Source: Candidatus Multivorans sp. (GTDB taxonomy: Bacteria > Acidobacteriota > Thermoanaerobaculia > Multivoradales > Multivoraceae). From it: a DNA stretch of 64,000 nt. The translations under genes were made by a program, and so were the position numbers. Shown piece after piece: positions 23,016 to 32,814 of this stretch. The notes beneath the pieces were generated by a model. The model was not told where the DNA came from. It worked only from the letters and a program-made list of their open reading frames with translations, and searched no databases. The stretch is from positions 3,904,001 through 3,968,000 of the forward strand of contig OZ251997.1 in the NCBI GenBank assembly GCA_965247095.1. Direction: 5' to 3'. The stretch's first letter is position 1; each line of letters begins with the position of its first letter.

Positions 23016-24014
23016 GTGTCCGCGCAGCGAAGACTCAACCGCATCGCTTTCTTCGGCACGCCCGAGTTCGCGGTCCCGGCGCTGGGCGCCCTGGAGGCGG
23101 CTGGCCGCCGGCCGCTCCTCGTCGTCAGCCAGCCGGCGCGCCGGGCGGGTCGGGGCGGCCGTCTGGCCCAGCCGCCCGTGGCCCGCTGGGCTCTCGACCG
23201 GGGCGTCGACCTGCTGCAGCCGACGGGCGTGCGCGGCGCCGACTTCCTCGGCAGGCTGCGTGCCCTGGAGCTGGACCTCGCCGTGGTTGCGGCGTACGGT
23301 CGCATCTTCCCGCGCGCCCTGCTCGAACTGCCGGCGGGCGGTTGTGTGAACATTCATGCGTCGCTACTGCCGGCCTATCGTGGTGCTTCACCGATTCAGG
23401 CTGCGATAGCGGCCGGAGAGCGGAAGACCGGTGTGACGACGATGGTCATGGAGGAAGGCCTGGACAGCGGACCGATCCTGCTTCAGGAAGAGGCGCCGAT
23501 CGGCGTGGACGAGACCGCCGGCGAGTTGTCGCCGCGGCTGGCCGCGATCGGCGCCCGACTTCTCGTCCGCACGCTCGAGGCGTTGGAATCCAGAGCCGTC
23601 GAGCCGCAGCCGCAGTGCGACGCGGCGGCGACCTATGCCCCGATGCTGCGTTCAGAGGACGGCATCGTGGACTGGCGCCGGGAGTCGAGAGAGCTCGCCT
23701 GGCGGGTGCGCGCCTACGAGCCGTGGCCGGGGTCCCGGAGCTGGCTTCGCGGCGAGGCGGTACGGATCGTCGCGTCGCGGCCGCTGGCGTCGTGTGCCGG
23801 GGTCGATGGCCGGGCCGACCTGGATCGACCTGGCGCCTTCCTCGGCTGCCGGAGAGTCGAGGGAATCGGACGGGTGCCAGTGGTCCGGTGCGGCGGCTCG
23901 TCGGCGCTGGCGCTTTGCCGGGTGCAGCGGCCGGGCGGCCGGAAGATCAGTGGCCTCGATCTGGCGAACGGACTGCGTCTCGTTGTGGGCGAGCGCTTCG
24001 GAACGGCGGAGTGA
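23016..24014 (+). CDS. fmt: Methionyl-tRNA formyltransferase
   Basis: FFGTPEFA, NIHASLLPAYRGASPI. Confidence 0.95.
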   Translation: MSAQRRLNRIAFFGTPEFAVPALGALEAAGRRPLLVVSQPARRAGRGGRLAQPPVARWALDRGVDLLQPTGVRGADFLGRLRALELDLAVVAAYGRIFPRALLELPAGGCVNIHASLLPAYRGASPIQAAIAAGERKTGVTTMVMEEGLDSGPILLQEEAPIGVDETAGELSPRLAAIGARLLVRTLEALESRAVEPQPQCDAAATYAPMLRSEDGIVDWRRESRELAWRVRAYEPWPGSRSWLRGEAVRIVASRPLASCAGVDGRADLDRPGAFLGCRRVEGIGRVPVVRCGGSSALALCRVQRPGGRKISGLDLANGLRLVVGERFGTAE

Positions 24015-24076
24015 CTCGTCGGCGGGCCATCCGGAATCTGGAGTCCCGCGGCGGTTGGCGCCGGCGGGACACGGCG

Positions 24077-25411
24077 ATGACGGCACACGCCAAGGTCCGG
24101 GAATCGGCGGCCTTCGTGTTCGAGCGGACTCTGGATTCGAAGGCGCCCGTGTCGATGTTCCTCGACGGCGCGCTCGAGCGCTGCGACCCGCGCGACCACG
24201 GGTTGCTGCGGGAACTCGTGCTCGGGACGCTGCGTTGGCTGCGTTTCATCGACCATGTCCTGGTCGCCGCGTCGCAGCGGCCGCTGGACCGAATTCAGCG
24301 CGCCCTGCTGGCGCCGCTCCGCATCGGCGCCTACCAGCTCTTCTTTCTCGACCGCGTACCGGCCCACGCGGCGGTCAACGAGGCAGTCGAGCTGGCCGGG
24401 AGCCGCACCCACGCGGGCGGCGCCAGCTTTGTCAATGGCGTGCTTCGACGGATTGCCCGATCACCGCGCCGCGACGACTGGCTGGCCGATTCCGCCGACC
24501 GGACGACGCGATTGGGAATCCGCTACTCCCACCCGGACCTGCTGGTCGAGCGTTGGCTGAGCACCTACGGCGAGGAGCGAACGATCGCCCTGCTTGGCGC
24601 AAACAACCGTCCCAAGCCGTTGCACCTGCTGGCATTCCGTGATCGAGGCGGCCGCGCCCCGCTGGCGGAGCAGTTGATCGACGATGATGTCGGAGTCGAG
24701 CCGTCGGTCCTGGCGCCGCACTGTGTGACGGTCCGGTGGGGGAATCCGTTGACTTCGGACGCCTACCGGCAGGGCGGCTTCTACGTGCAGGACGAGGCAA
24801 GTCAGTTGGCGGCGATCGTGCCGCCGCCCGAGCCCGGCGAGAGCGTGCTGGACGTGGCCGCGGCCCCCGGGGGCAAGACGTTCGCGCTGCTGGCCGAGCA
24901 GCCGGACATTCGCAGCATTGCCGCTGACCAGTCCCTGCGGCGCCTGGTCACCATGAGCCGGAATGCCGCACGCCTCCAGCTTCGGCCCCGCCTTCTGGCT
25001 GCGGACGGCGTTGCCCTTCCCTTCGGGCCCGTCTTCGACCGGGTCGTCGTCGATCTGCCGTGCAGCGGAACCGGCACGTTGCGCAAACATCCCGAACTGA
25101 AGTGGCGGATCAGCGCCGGTGAGATCGAGCGGCTCTCGGCGGAGGGTCTGGCCATGGTTCGGGGCGCGTCCGAATGCGTTCGACCAGGGGGTCTGCTCGT
25201 GGTCATCACCTGTTCTATCGAGCCGGAGGAGAACGAAGCCGTGGCCGCGGCTTTCCTGGAATCCCGGACCGATTTTCGCCGGCGGGATCTTGCGGGCGAT
25301 CTTCGCCGGCCCGAGTTGGAGCACGTCGCAGGGCTCGGCGTGTGGCGTCTCCTGCCGGCCGACGATCATGACGGCTTCACGGTGCAGGTGCTCGAGCGGA
25401 CCTCCGACTGA
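24077..25411 (+). CDS. rsmB: 16S rRNA m5C967 methyltransferase (Sun/RsmB)
   Basis: NusB-like N-terminus; QDEASQ, AAPGGKT, DLPCSGTG, TCSIEPEEN; alternative GTG start at 24011. Confidence 0.9.
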   Translation: MTAHAKVRESAAFVFERTLDSKAPVSMFLDGALERCDPRDHGLLRELVLGTLRWLRFIDHVLVAASQRPLDRIQRALLAPLRIGAYQLFFLDRVPAHAAVNEAVELAGSRTHAGGASFVNGVLRRIARSPRRDDWLADSADRTTRLGIRYSHPDLLVERWLSTYGEERTIALLGANNRPKPLHLLAFRDRGGRAPLAEQLIDDDVGVEPSVLAPHCVTVRWGNPLTSDAYRQGGFYVQDEASQLAAIVPPPEPGESVLDVAAAPGGKTFALLAEQPDIRSIAADQSLRRLVTMSRNAARLQLRPRLLAADGVALPFGPVFDRVVVDLPCSGTGTLRKHPELKWRISAGEIERLSAEGLAMVRGASECVRPGGLLVVITCSIEPEENEAVAAAFLESRTDFRRRDLAGDLRRPELEHVAGLGVWRLLPADDHDGFTVQVLERTSD

Positions 25412-25511
25412 AGCCGACTTTCCGGGTTGTCTTGGAGCTCTGACCCGATCCGGCAGGCGGCGTCCTGTTTCGCGCGGTGAGACGCAACGCAGCCGTAAGT
25501 CCAAGTCGGCG

Positions 25512-25541
25512 TTGACAAAGAGGGTCGTTCTAGCTTAGATT
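25512..25541 (+). promoter_or_regulatory. Putative sigma70 promoter for hup
   Basis: TTGACA-18 nt-TAGATT. Confidence 0.5.
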
Positions 25542-25716
25542 TACTGGGTGTTCTGGAGTTGGTCAAGAAAACTCCCGAGCATACCGGAAGACGAGTCCGA
25601 ATGCCAGATGCCAAGTGCCTGCCGATTCACGCACCGTGCCGCCGGCTTGAGCACTTGACGACGGTTGACGGCCCGATCCACACAGTTCACAACAGAGACT
25701 CTAAGGAGCACACTAG

Positions 25717-25992
25717 ATGGCCGGAAAGGCAGACATCGTAGAAGCCGTAGCCGATGGCGCGGGTCTAAGCAAGAAGCAGGCGGCGGATGCCGTCCAGTCC
25801 CTGATCGACAGCATCTCCAGCCACCTGCAGGACGGTGATCGTGTGCAACTGCCCGGTCTGGGGAGTTTCTCGGTTTCGCACCGCGCCGGCCGCATGGGCC
25901 GCAACCCGAAGACCGGCGAGTCGATCCAGATTTCCGCGAGCAACGGCGTTCGTTTCAAGGTCAGCCGTCCGCTCAAGGACGCCCTGAACTAA
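25717..25992 (+). CDS. hup: DNA-binding protein HU
   Basis: GLGSFSV..RAGRMGRNPKTGESIQI. Confidence 0.95.
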   Translation: MAGKADIVEAVADGAGLSKKQAADAVQSLIDSISSHLQDGDRVQLPGLGSFSVSHRAGRMGRNPKTGESIQISASNGVRFKVSRPLKDALN

Positions 25993-26045
25993 GCACTTGT
26001 ATTCGCCTTGGCGGCCAACTGGCCGCCGAGGCGAAAGACAAGTGC
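25993..26045. terminator. Long hairpin between convergent genes (possible terminator)
   Basis: GCACTTGT.TTCGCCTTGGCGGCCA-ac-TGGCCGCCGAGGCGAA..ACAAGTGC; no U-tract. Confidence 0.5.
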
Positions 26046-26183
26046 GTGACCCCGTGCGGCCGTGGCCGCACGGGCACTATGGGTGCCAGCGCACCAGGCG
26101 GCCAACTGGCCGCCGAGGCGAAAGACAAGTGCGTGACCCCGTGCGGCCGTGGCCGCACGGGCACTATGGGCGTCAGCGCACCA
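26010..26183. repeat. Two 87-bp tandem direct repeats with internal hairpins
   Basis: 26010-26096 and 26097-26183 nearly identical; the second includes the glycosyltransferase stop codon. Confidence 0.9.
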
Positions 26184-26856
26184 GGGCGTAGAGGCTCGCG
26201 AGACGCGCGGGCTTGACGCCGGCTGCGAAGAGCAGCCAGATCAGCCAGTTCGTCGCCACCGTCCGAACGACCCCGCGTTCGATGAATCGGCGTGACGAAG
26301 TGGTAGCGCGTTGGGAGACGATCGAGATCGTTCCTCGCCGGCGGAGGCGCCGGATGAAGTCCAGGTCTTCGAGGATCGGAAGGTCGGCGAAGCCGCCGCA
26401 GTCGGCGTAGGCCGCCGCGGTGGCGAATTGCGCCTGGTCGCCGAGCGGCATACGCAGCCGTTTCGTGCGGAGATCGACCAGGCTGCGGCCCAGGCGCAGG
26501 AGCGGCGGCGCCGCTTCGAAGTCGACCAGGAAACCGCCGCCGACGGCCTTGCTGCCGACCGCTTGCTCTATCGCGGGTCGAGCCGAGACGGGGAGGCGTG
26601 TGTCGGCGTGGAGGAACAGCAGCACTTCGGCGCCGGCGTCGAGCGCCAGGCCGGCGCCGGTGCGCAGTTGCAGACCCCGCCCCGGTCGCGGCGCGGTCGC
26701 CACCGTGGCGCCGGCTCGCCGCGCCAGTTCGACCGTGCGATCCCGGCTGCCTCCGTCGACGACGATCAGATCGTCGCAGTGGTCGCGGGCGGCGGCGATC
26801 GCCGCCTGCACCGTGCCCTCTTCCTCGAGCACCGGCATGACAATGGCGAGGCGCAT
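26173..26856 (-). CDS. GT2 glycosyltransferase, TIGR04283-like
   Basis: VVDGGSRD, LFLHADT, GDQAQF, PILED, TSSRRF. Confidence 0.85.
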   Translation of the reverse strand: MRLAIVMPVLEEEGTVQAAIAAARDHCDDLIVVDGGSRDRTVELARRAGATVATAPRPGRGLQLRTGAGLALDAGAEVLLFLHADTRLPVSARPAIEQAVGSKAVGGGFLVDFEAAPPLLRLGRSLVDLRTKRLRMPLGDQAQFATAAAYADCGGFADLPILEDLDFIRRLRRRGTISIVSQRATTSSRRFIERGVVRTVATNWLIWLLFAAGVKPARLASLYALVR

Positions 26857-26971
26857 TCCGGGCTGTCAGGTTAGCGGGCGACCCTGGGGGCGCATGACGA
26901 TGGCGAGGCGCATCGTGCGGTAGGTTAGCCGCCTGTGCGGGTCGCCGGTTGTCGCGTCCCGAATCGCCGTC

Positions 26972-27448
26972 ATGGGCTCCGACTCGTCCTTCAGCCACCT
27001 CGACCGTCGCGGGCGCGCGGCCATGGTCGATGTCTCCTCCAAGGACGTGACCCGGCGTGTGGCCGAGGCCTCCTGCCGGGTGCTGCTGTCCGGCGATACC
27101 GTCGAGCGTCTGCAGACGCTGCCCAAGGGCGACGCCCTCACTGTGGCCCGGGTGGCCGGCGTGCAGGCCGCCAAGAGCACGGCAACCTGGGTGCCGCTGG
27201 CGCATCCGTTGCCCCTGGACCAGGTGGAGGTCGAGATCGAACCAGCCGAGGGCGGAGTGAAGATCCGAAGCCGCGTGGTGGTCACCGCCCGCACCGGCGC
27301 CGAGATGGAGGCGCTGACCGCGTGCGCGGCGGCATCGCTCGCGCTCTACGACATGGTCAAGTCGGTCGAACGCGGCGCCGTGATCACCGATCTGCTGCTG
27401 GAGGCAAAGAGCGGCGGTCGAAGCGGCGAGTACCGCCGCGACCGCTAG
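26972..27448 (+). CDS. moaC: Cyclic pyranopterin monophosphate synthase
   Basis: SHLD...MVDVSSK, PLAHP, TGAEMEAL, YDMVKS, KSGG. Confidence 0.95.
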   Translation: MGSDSSFSHLDRRGRAAMVDVSSKDVTRRVAEASCRVLLSGDTVERLQTLPKGDALTVARVAGVQAAKSTATWVPLAHPLPLDQVEVEIEPAEGGVKIRSRVVVTARTGAEMEALTACAAASLALYDMVKSVERGAVITDLLLEAKSGGRSGEYRRDR

Positions 27449-27511
27449 GTGTCCTGTCTCGGGCTTGCCTTGCCGTATCTAGCTGGGTCGCGGAGAGGAC
27501 ACTAGCGGACT

Positions 27512-28696
27512 GTGGCGATCCGTTCCGGTCTTGACCGACTGCTCGACGACGCCAAACGTCTGAAGGGCCGTCGCTACGCGCTTCTGTGCCACCAGGCGTC
27601 GCTGAGTCGCGACGGCGTCCACGCACATTTGGCTTTGGCAGCGGCGCAGCCGGCGGCGGCTCTGTTGGGACCGGAGCACGGCTTCTACGGCGTCGAGCAG
27701 GACATGGTCACCTCGCGCGACGAGAGGGATCCGTGGACGGGCTCGCCGGTGATCTCCCTCTACGGTGACGATGCCTCCAGCCTGTGCCCCCAGCCGGGCG
27801 TCTTCGATGGCTGCGACCTGCTGGTGATCGATCTCCAGGATGTGGGCGCGCGGTACTACACCTTCGCCGCCACCGCGGTGTGGGCGGCCGAGGCCGCGCT
27901 CGCCGCGGGCTGTGAGGTCTGGATCCTCGACCGGCCGAACCCCCTGGGCGGCCGGGAGGTGGAGGGCAACCTGCTGGACCTCGACTTCGCCTCCTTCGTG
28001 GGCGCCTTTCGCGTGCCGCAGCGCCACGGGTTGACGCTGGCGGAGATCGTCCTGCTGGAGGCGCGCCGCCGCGGCTGGGACACCGCTTCGCTCGCCGTCT
28101 TCGAGGTCGAGGGTTGGCGGCGCGAGCAGACCTGGCAGGACATGGGCTGGCCGTGGACGGCCCCATCGCCGAACATGCCGACGCCGGACACCGCCGCCAT
28201 CTACCCGGGCCTGTGCCTGTTCGAAGCGACCACCGTGTCCGAGGGTCGCGGCACGACGCGCCCGTTCCAGCTTCTGGGGATGCCCGGCGCCGACGCGCCC
28301 GTACTCGCCGCCCGCTGCCTGGCACGCCTTGGCGCCGCCGGACTGACCGGTGTCTCGGTCGTCCCCGCCATGTTCAGGCCCCAGTTTCAGAAGCACGCGG
28401 GGGCAGTCTGTGCCGGCGTGGAACTCCGGGTTTTGGACGCCGGGGCCCTCCAGCCGGTACGCCTCGGGTTCGAGCTGCTGCTTGCCTTTCGCGATGTCCT
28501 GGGGCCGGCCTTCGACTGGCGCGCCGAGCCCTACGAGTTCGTGTCGGACACGCCGGCGGTCGACCTGCTCGCCGGTACCGATCGCTTCCGGCTCGGCCTC
28601 GATTCGCCGGACGCGCTCGAACGCTGGTACGCGAGCTGGCGCGACGATGAGAACGAGTTTCGCGCCGAGCGCGAATCGGTCTTGCTGTACTCCTGA
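27512..28696 (+). CDS. DUF1343 family / exo-beta-N-acetylmuramidase NamZ-like
   Basis: GPEHG, DLQDVGARYYT, LDRPNP, PSPNMP, SEGRGTTRPF. Confidence 0.88.
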   Translation: MAIRSGLDRLLDDAKRLKGRRYALLCHQASLSRDGVHAHLALAAAQPAAALLGPEHGFYGVEQDMVTSRDERDPWTGSPVISLYGDDASSLCPQPGVFDGCDLLVIDLQDVGARYYTFAATAVWAAEAALAAGCEVWILDRPNPLGGREVEGNLLDLDFASFVGAFRVPQRHGLTLAEIVLLEARRRGWDTASLAVFEVEGWRREQTWQDMGWPWTAPSPNMPTPDTAAIYPGLCLFEATTVSEGRGTTRPFQLLGMPGADAPVLAARCLARLGAAGLTGVSVVPAMFRPQFQKHAGAVCAGVELRVLDAGALQPVRLGFELLLAFRDVLGPAFDWRAEPYEFVSDTPAVDLLAGTDRFRLGLDSPDALERWYASWRDDENEFRAERESVLLYS

Positions 28697-28788
28697 AGCA
28701 CTGCCACAATCCGCCGTGCCGGTCGCTTCAGGTCCGACCGTCTCTCAGCCCAGTCCAGCCGACCCGAGTTTGAACCGAGGTGCAGCCG

Positions 28789-30360
28789 ATGCCGCGGATC
28801 CTGATTGCCGATTCCCTGGCGCCGGCAGGCGTCGAGTTGCTGCGCGAGAGCGCGGAAGTGGACGAGCTTCGAGACGAGGATCGTCCACGGCTCGCCTCGT
28901 TGATCGCGAACTACGACGCGGTCATCGTGCGCAGCGGAACCCAGATCACCCGCGAGGTTCTGGAGGGCGGCGACCGTCTCAAGGTGGTGGGCCGTGCCGG
29001 GGTGGGCGTCGACAACATCGACATAGCAGCCGCTACGCAGCGCGGCGTGCTGGTGATCAACGCGCCGACCGCCAACTCGCTTTCGGCCACCGAGCACACA
29101 TTCGCCCTGCTGCTGGCGCTGGCGCGGCGGATTCCGTCGGCCGACGCGTCGCTCAAGGCGAAGCGCTGGGACCGCAAGAGCCACGTGGGCAGCGAGCTGC
29201 AGGGGAAGGCGCTCGGCGTGATCGGCTTCGGTCAGATCGGTCGGCGGGTGGCCACCCGGGCCCGGGCCTTCGAGATGGAAGTGCTCGCCTACGACCCCTT
29301 CCTGCAGGCGGAGGTTGCACGGCGACTCGATGTCGAGCCGGTGGCTCTGCGTGATCTGCTCGCCCGGTCCGACTTCATCACCTTCCACACGCCGCTTACG
29401 GATCAGACCAGGAACATGCTCGACGAATCGCGCATTGCCCTGATGAAGGACGGCGCGGCCGTGATCAACGTCGGGCGCGGCGGAGTGGTCGACGGCGAGG
29501 CGCTGCTCGCGGCGCTGGAGTCCGGCAAGCTCGCCGGCGCGGGTCTGGACGTGTTCCCGGAGGAACCGCCGACGGACTACCGGCTCGCTGCCCACCCGAA
29601 CGTGGTGGCGACGCCCCACATCGGCGCCCAGACGACCGAGGCGCAGGAGCGCATCGCCACCGAGACGGCCCGCATGGTGCTCGCCGCGCTTCGTGGCTCG
29701 CTCGCGGTGTCAGCGGTGAATCTGCCGTTCCGATCCTCGGGTTCTCGCGGCGAACCGTTCCTGCGGTTGGGCGAGCAACTCGGCCGGCTGGCCGCGGTTG
29801 CGCTCGGCGGCAGCCTGCAGCGTATCCAGGTGGACCTGTGGGGCATCGACGACGATTTGAGGAAATCGGCTGCGGTGGCCGCGCTCAAGGGCGCACTGAC
29901 GCCGTCGTGCGGTGAGGCGGTGAACTACGTGAATGCCGAGCGCACGGCTGCGGACCGCCGCATCGAACTCGTGCAGGCCACCCACAGCGACCAGGCCACG
30001 TACGCTCACCTGGTGCGGGTCGAGGCCAGGAACGCCGAAGGGGGCAGCATTCAGGTCGCCGGAACGGTCTACCGCCGGGGGGACCTGCGGGTCGTCTCGT
30101 TCGCGGGCTTCCGGTTGGAGTTCAAACCCCAGGGTCTTCTGCTCATCATCCGCAACGAAGATGTCCCCGGGTTCGTGGGCCGGCTCGGCACGCTACTCGG
30201 CGACGACGGCATCAACATCGCCGACATCCACCTGGCCCGTGAACCGGGCGCCCACGCCCTGGCCGTCCTGCGTCTCGACGAGACCCCGAACGAGGCGTGC
30301 ATGGCCGCCCTGCTGGCCCTGGACGAATCGATCTCGGTCGACCTCGTCGACCTCTCCTGA
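28789..30360 (+). CDS. serA: D-3-phosphoglycerate dehydrogenase
   Basis: GRAGVGVDNID, GFGQIG, TPHIGAQT; ASB and ACT domains. Confidence 0.95.
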   Translation: MPRILIADSLAPAGVELLRESAEVDELRDEDRPRLASLIANYDAVIVRSGTQITREVLEGGDRLKVVGRAGVGVDNIDIAAATQRGVLVINAPTANSLSATEHTFALLLALARRIPSADASLKAKRWDRKSHVGSELQGKALGVIGFGQIGRRVATRARAFEMEVLAYDPFLQAEVARRLDVEPVALRDLLARSDFITFHTPLTDQTRNMLDESRIALMKDGAAVINVGRGGVVDGEALLAALESGKLAGAGLDVFPEEPPTDYRLAAHPNVVATPHIGAQTTEAQERIATETARMVLAALRGSLAVSAVNLPFRSSGSRGEPFLRLGEQLGRLAAVALGGSLQRIQVDLWGIDDDLRKSAAVAALKGALTPSCGEAVNYVNAERTAADRRIELVQATHSDQATYAHLVRVEARNAEGGSIQVAGTVYRRGDLRVVSFAGFRLEFKPQGLLLIIRNEDVPGFVGRLGTLLGDDGINIADIHLAREPGAHALAVLRLDETPNEACMAALLALDESISVDLVDLS

Positions 30361-30364
30361 CCCG

Positions 30365-30450
30365 AGCCGAGCACACCCGCGGGTCGGACGCACCCCCCAT
30401 GCCCCTGGCGCCGGCTGGACGTCGTGCGCGACTGAACCGACGGCCGGGGT
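30365..30450 (+). repeat. Imperfect inverted repeat, arm 1 (partner at 32716-32804)
   Basis: Shared blocks AGCCGAGCACACC, CGCCGGCTGGACGTCGT, TGAACyGACGGCCGGGGT. Confidence 0.8.
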
Positions 30451-30463
30451 GGGTGCGCCGCGG

Positions 30464-31189
30464 TCAGCGCAGGACGATCGCGGCGATGCCGGCTTTCTCG
30501 AGCTTCTGCCGCACGAGGTCGGCAGCCTTCTGGCGCCGGCGGTCGATCTGGACCCGGTACCAGCCTCCTTCTTCGCGGATCCGGACCTTGTCCAGGCCGA
30601 GATCGCGGCGCAGGCGACGAGCCAGATCGACGGCGCCGCTGCGCTCCCTGAACGCGCCGGCCTGGATCGTGAAGCCGGAGCGCTCCACCCGACCGGTCCG
30701 GGACGCGGCCTTGGGCGCCGTCTTGCGCGTGGCCTTTGCGCGAGAGTTCTTCGGCGGGCGTCCGTTCGCCGAGTAGGAGATCGGCAGGTTGCGGCTTTCG
30801 GGCGCCGTCTGAACGACGCGGATTCGCACCCTGGCGAGCCCGGCGCCGAACAGGTCGAGTTTGCGCGCCGCGCCCAGGGAGAGATCGATGATCCGGCCCT
30901 TGACGAAGGGGCCGCGATCGTTGATCGGAACCCGCAGCTTCCGCCCGTTGTCCTTGTTCTCGACTTCCACGACGGTGCCGAAGGGCAGTTGTTTGTGCGC
31001 CGCGGAGATCCGGTTCATGTCGTAGATCTCGCCGCTGGCGGTGGCCCGACCATCGAACTGCGCGCCGTACCATGACGCGAGTCCTTCCTGCGTTGTCCCG
31101 CGGCGAGGGGTCTGGAGAGCGGAGGTCGAAGCGCAGCCGACCGAGAACAGGACGGCGAGCAGTGCGGCCAGCGACCGCGTCCGGCTCAC
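30464..31189 (-). CDS. rlpA: Septal ring lytic transglycosylase RlpA with SPOR domain
   Basis: Lipobox SVGC; GLASWYG, TASGE, AAHK.LP, INDRGPF, IIDLS; C-terminal IQAGAF. Confidence 0.92.
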   Translation of the reverse strand: MSRTRSLAALLAVLFSVGCASTSALQTPRRGTTQEGLASWYGAQFDGRATASGEIYDMNRISAAHKQLPFGTVVEVENKDNGRKLRVPINDRGPFVKGRIIDLSLGAARKLDLFGAGLARVRIRVVQTAPESRNLPISYSANGRPPKNSRAKATRKTAPKAASRTGRVERSGFTIQAGAFRERSGAVDLARRLRRDLGLDKVRIREEGGWYRVQIDRRRQKAADLVRQKLEKAGIAAIVLR

Positions 31190-32616
31190 ACCCTCGGCGC
31201 CTCGAACGCCGCGGCACGGTGCCGCGCCAGCGCCGGTTCGACAGCCTCAGCCAGGAAGTCGTCGACCTGCTGAGCCGAGCGGCCGGTGAAGGAGTCCGCG
31301 TCGACCAGGGACTCGAGCTCGTTGCGTCCGAGCCCGAACGACGGATCGCCCGCAATCAGGTCGATCAGGGGATTCGGCTCCCCCGCGGAGACCCGCGCGT
31401 AGGCCTCGAGACTGTGCCGGCGGATGCGCTCGTGCAGTTCCTGCCGGTCGCCGCCGCGCAGGGCCGCCTCCATCAGGAAGGTCTCGGTGGCCATGAACGG
31501 AAGCTCGCGCCTCACCCGGGCCGCGGTGGCCGCTTCGTTCACCCGCAGTCCCTGGGCAATGTTCGCGGCCAGCAGCAGCACGGCATCGACGGTCAGGAAG
31601 CAGTCGGTCAGCACCAGGCGTCGGTTCGCCGAGTCGTCGAGACTGCGCTCGAGCCATTGGGTGCCGGCGTTCAGCGCCCCATGCAGGGAGTCGCTCATGA
31701 CGCGCCGCGACAGCGAGCACATGCGCTCGGCGCGCACCGGGTTGCGCTTGTAGGCCATCGCCGAGGAACCGACCTGGTTCTCGTCGAAGGGCTCGGACAG
31801 TTCACCGACGCCCTGCAGCAGCCGCAAATCGCTGCCGAACTTGTGGCAGCTCTCCGCCACCCCGGACAGTGCGTGCAGAACCTGGCTGTCCTGCTTGCGC
31901 GGGTAGGTCTGGCCCGTGATCGCCCAACTCGACTCGAAGCCCAGCGCCGAGGCCACACGGGCGTCGAGTTCGCGGACCTTGCCGTGGTCGCCTCCAAACA
32001 GAGTCAGGAAGGAGGCCTGGGTTCCCGTAGTGCCCTTGGCGCCCCGGCAGCGCAGCCGGTCGCGGCGGCCGGCCACTTCATCGAGGTCGGTCAGGAAGTC
32101 TTGCAGCCAGAGGCAGGCGCGCTTGCCCAGCGTCGTCAACTGGGCGGGCTGGAAGTGGGTGTAGGCGAGCGCGGTCGTGCCGCGCTCCCTGCGGGCGAAG
32201 GTGGCCAGCTCGGCGACTGTGGCCGCCAGCCTGCCCGCGACCAGCTCGAGGGCCTCCCGGATGATCAGCACGTCGGTGTTGTCGGTGACAAACGCGGACG
32301 TCGCGCCCAGGTGCAAAATGCTGCCGGCGTCGCCGCTGACTTCAGCGAAGTGCCGCAGGTGGGCCACCACATCGTGGCGCGTTTCGCGTTCGAGCTTCGC
32401 GACCCGCTCGAGGTCAAGATCGTCCGCATGCTCGCGCAGCGCGTCAAGCTGCCGCTCGCTGATCGGCAGCCCCAGTGCCGCCTGGTTCTCTGCCAGGCAG
32501 ATCCACATCCGCCGCCAGGTCTGGAAGCGGTGCCGGCCCGAAAACAGCCGCGCCATCTCAGCACTGGCATAGCGCTCGTGAAGCGGATTCTGGGGCGCTT
32601 CCCTCGCTTCGGCCAT
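31186..32616 (-). CDS. purB: Adenylosuccinate lyase
   Basis: RHDV, HLGATS, THFQPAQ, GSSAMAYKRNP. Confidence 0.95.
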   Translation of the reverse strand: MAEAREAPQNPLHERYASAEMARLFSGRHRFQTWRRMWICLAENQAALGLPISERQLDALREHADDLDLERVAKLERETRHDVVAHLRHFAEVSGDAGSILHLGATSAFVTDNTDVLIIREALELVAGRLAATVAELATFARRERGTTALAYTHFQPAQLTTLGKRACLWLQDFLTDLDEVAGRRDRLRCRGAKGTTGTQASFLTLFGGDHGKVRELDARVASALGFESSWAITGQTYPRKQDSQVLHALSGVAESCHKFGSDLRLLQGVGELSEPFDENQVGSSAMAYKRNPVRAERMCSLSRRVMSDSLHGALNAGTQWLERSLDDSANRRLVLTDCFLTVDAVLLLAANIAQGLRVNEAATAARVRRELPFMATETFLMEAALRGGDRQELHERIRRHSLEAYARVSAGEPNPLIDLIAGDPSFGLGRNELESLVDADSFTGRSAQQVDDFLAEAVEPALARHRAAAFEAPRV

Positions 32617-32715
32617 GGGCGAAGTCTACCAGCGCAACTGTTGCCGTTGCTGAGGTTTAGCGGGCGGATACACGCATCGGGAGCGGCCGCAGTTCGCTCA
32701 TTCGGGCTCTCGACT

Positions 32716-32804
32716 ACCCCGGCCGTCAGTTCACTCCCCGACGACGTCCAGCCGGCGGGTGTGCTCCACCGGCAGGTGTGCTCCAACGCCCGGTGTGCTC
32801 GGCT
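32716..32804 (-). repeat. Imperfect inverted repeat, arm 2
   Basis: Reverse complement matches 30365-30450; contains GGTGTGCTC at 32758, 32775 and 32792 (17-bp period). Confidence 0.8.
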
Positions 32805-32814
32805 AGCCAGTGGC

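Noticed and set aside
23342-25411. 689-aa RsmB with a long N-terminal extension
   Set aside because: The extension overlaps fmt in another frame; the real start is at 24011 or 24077
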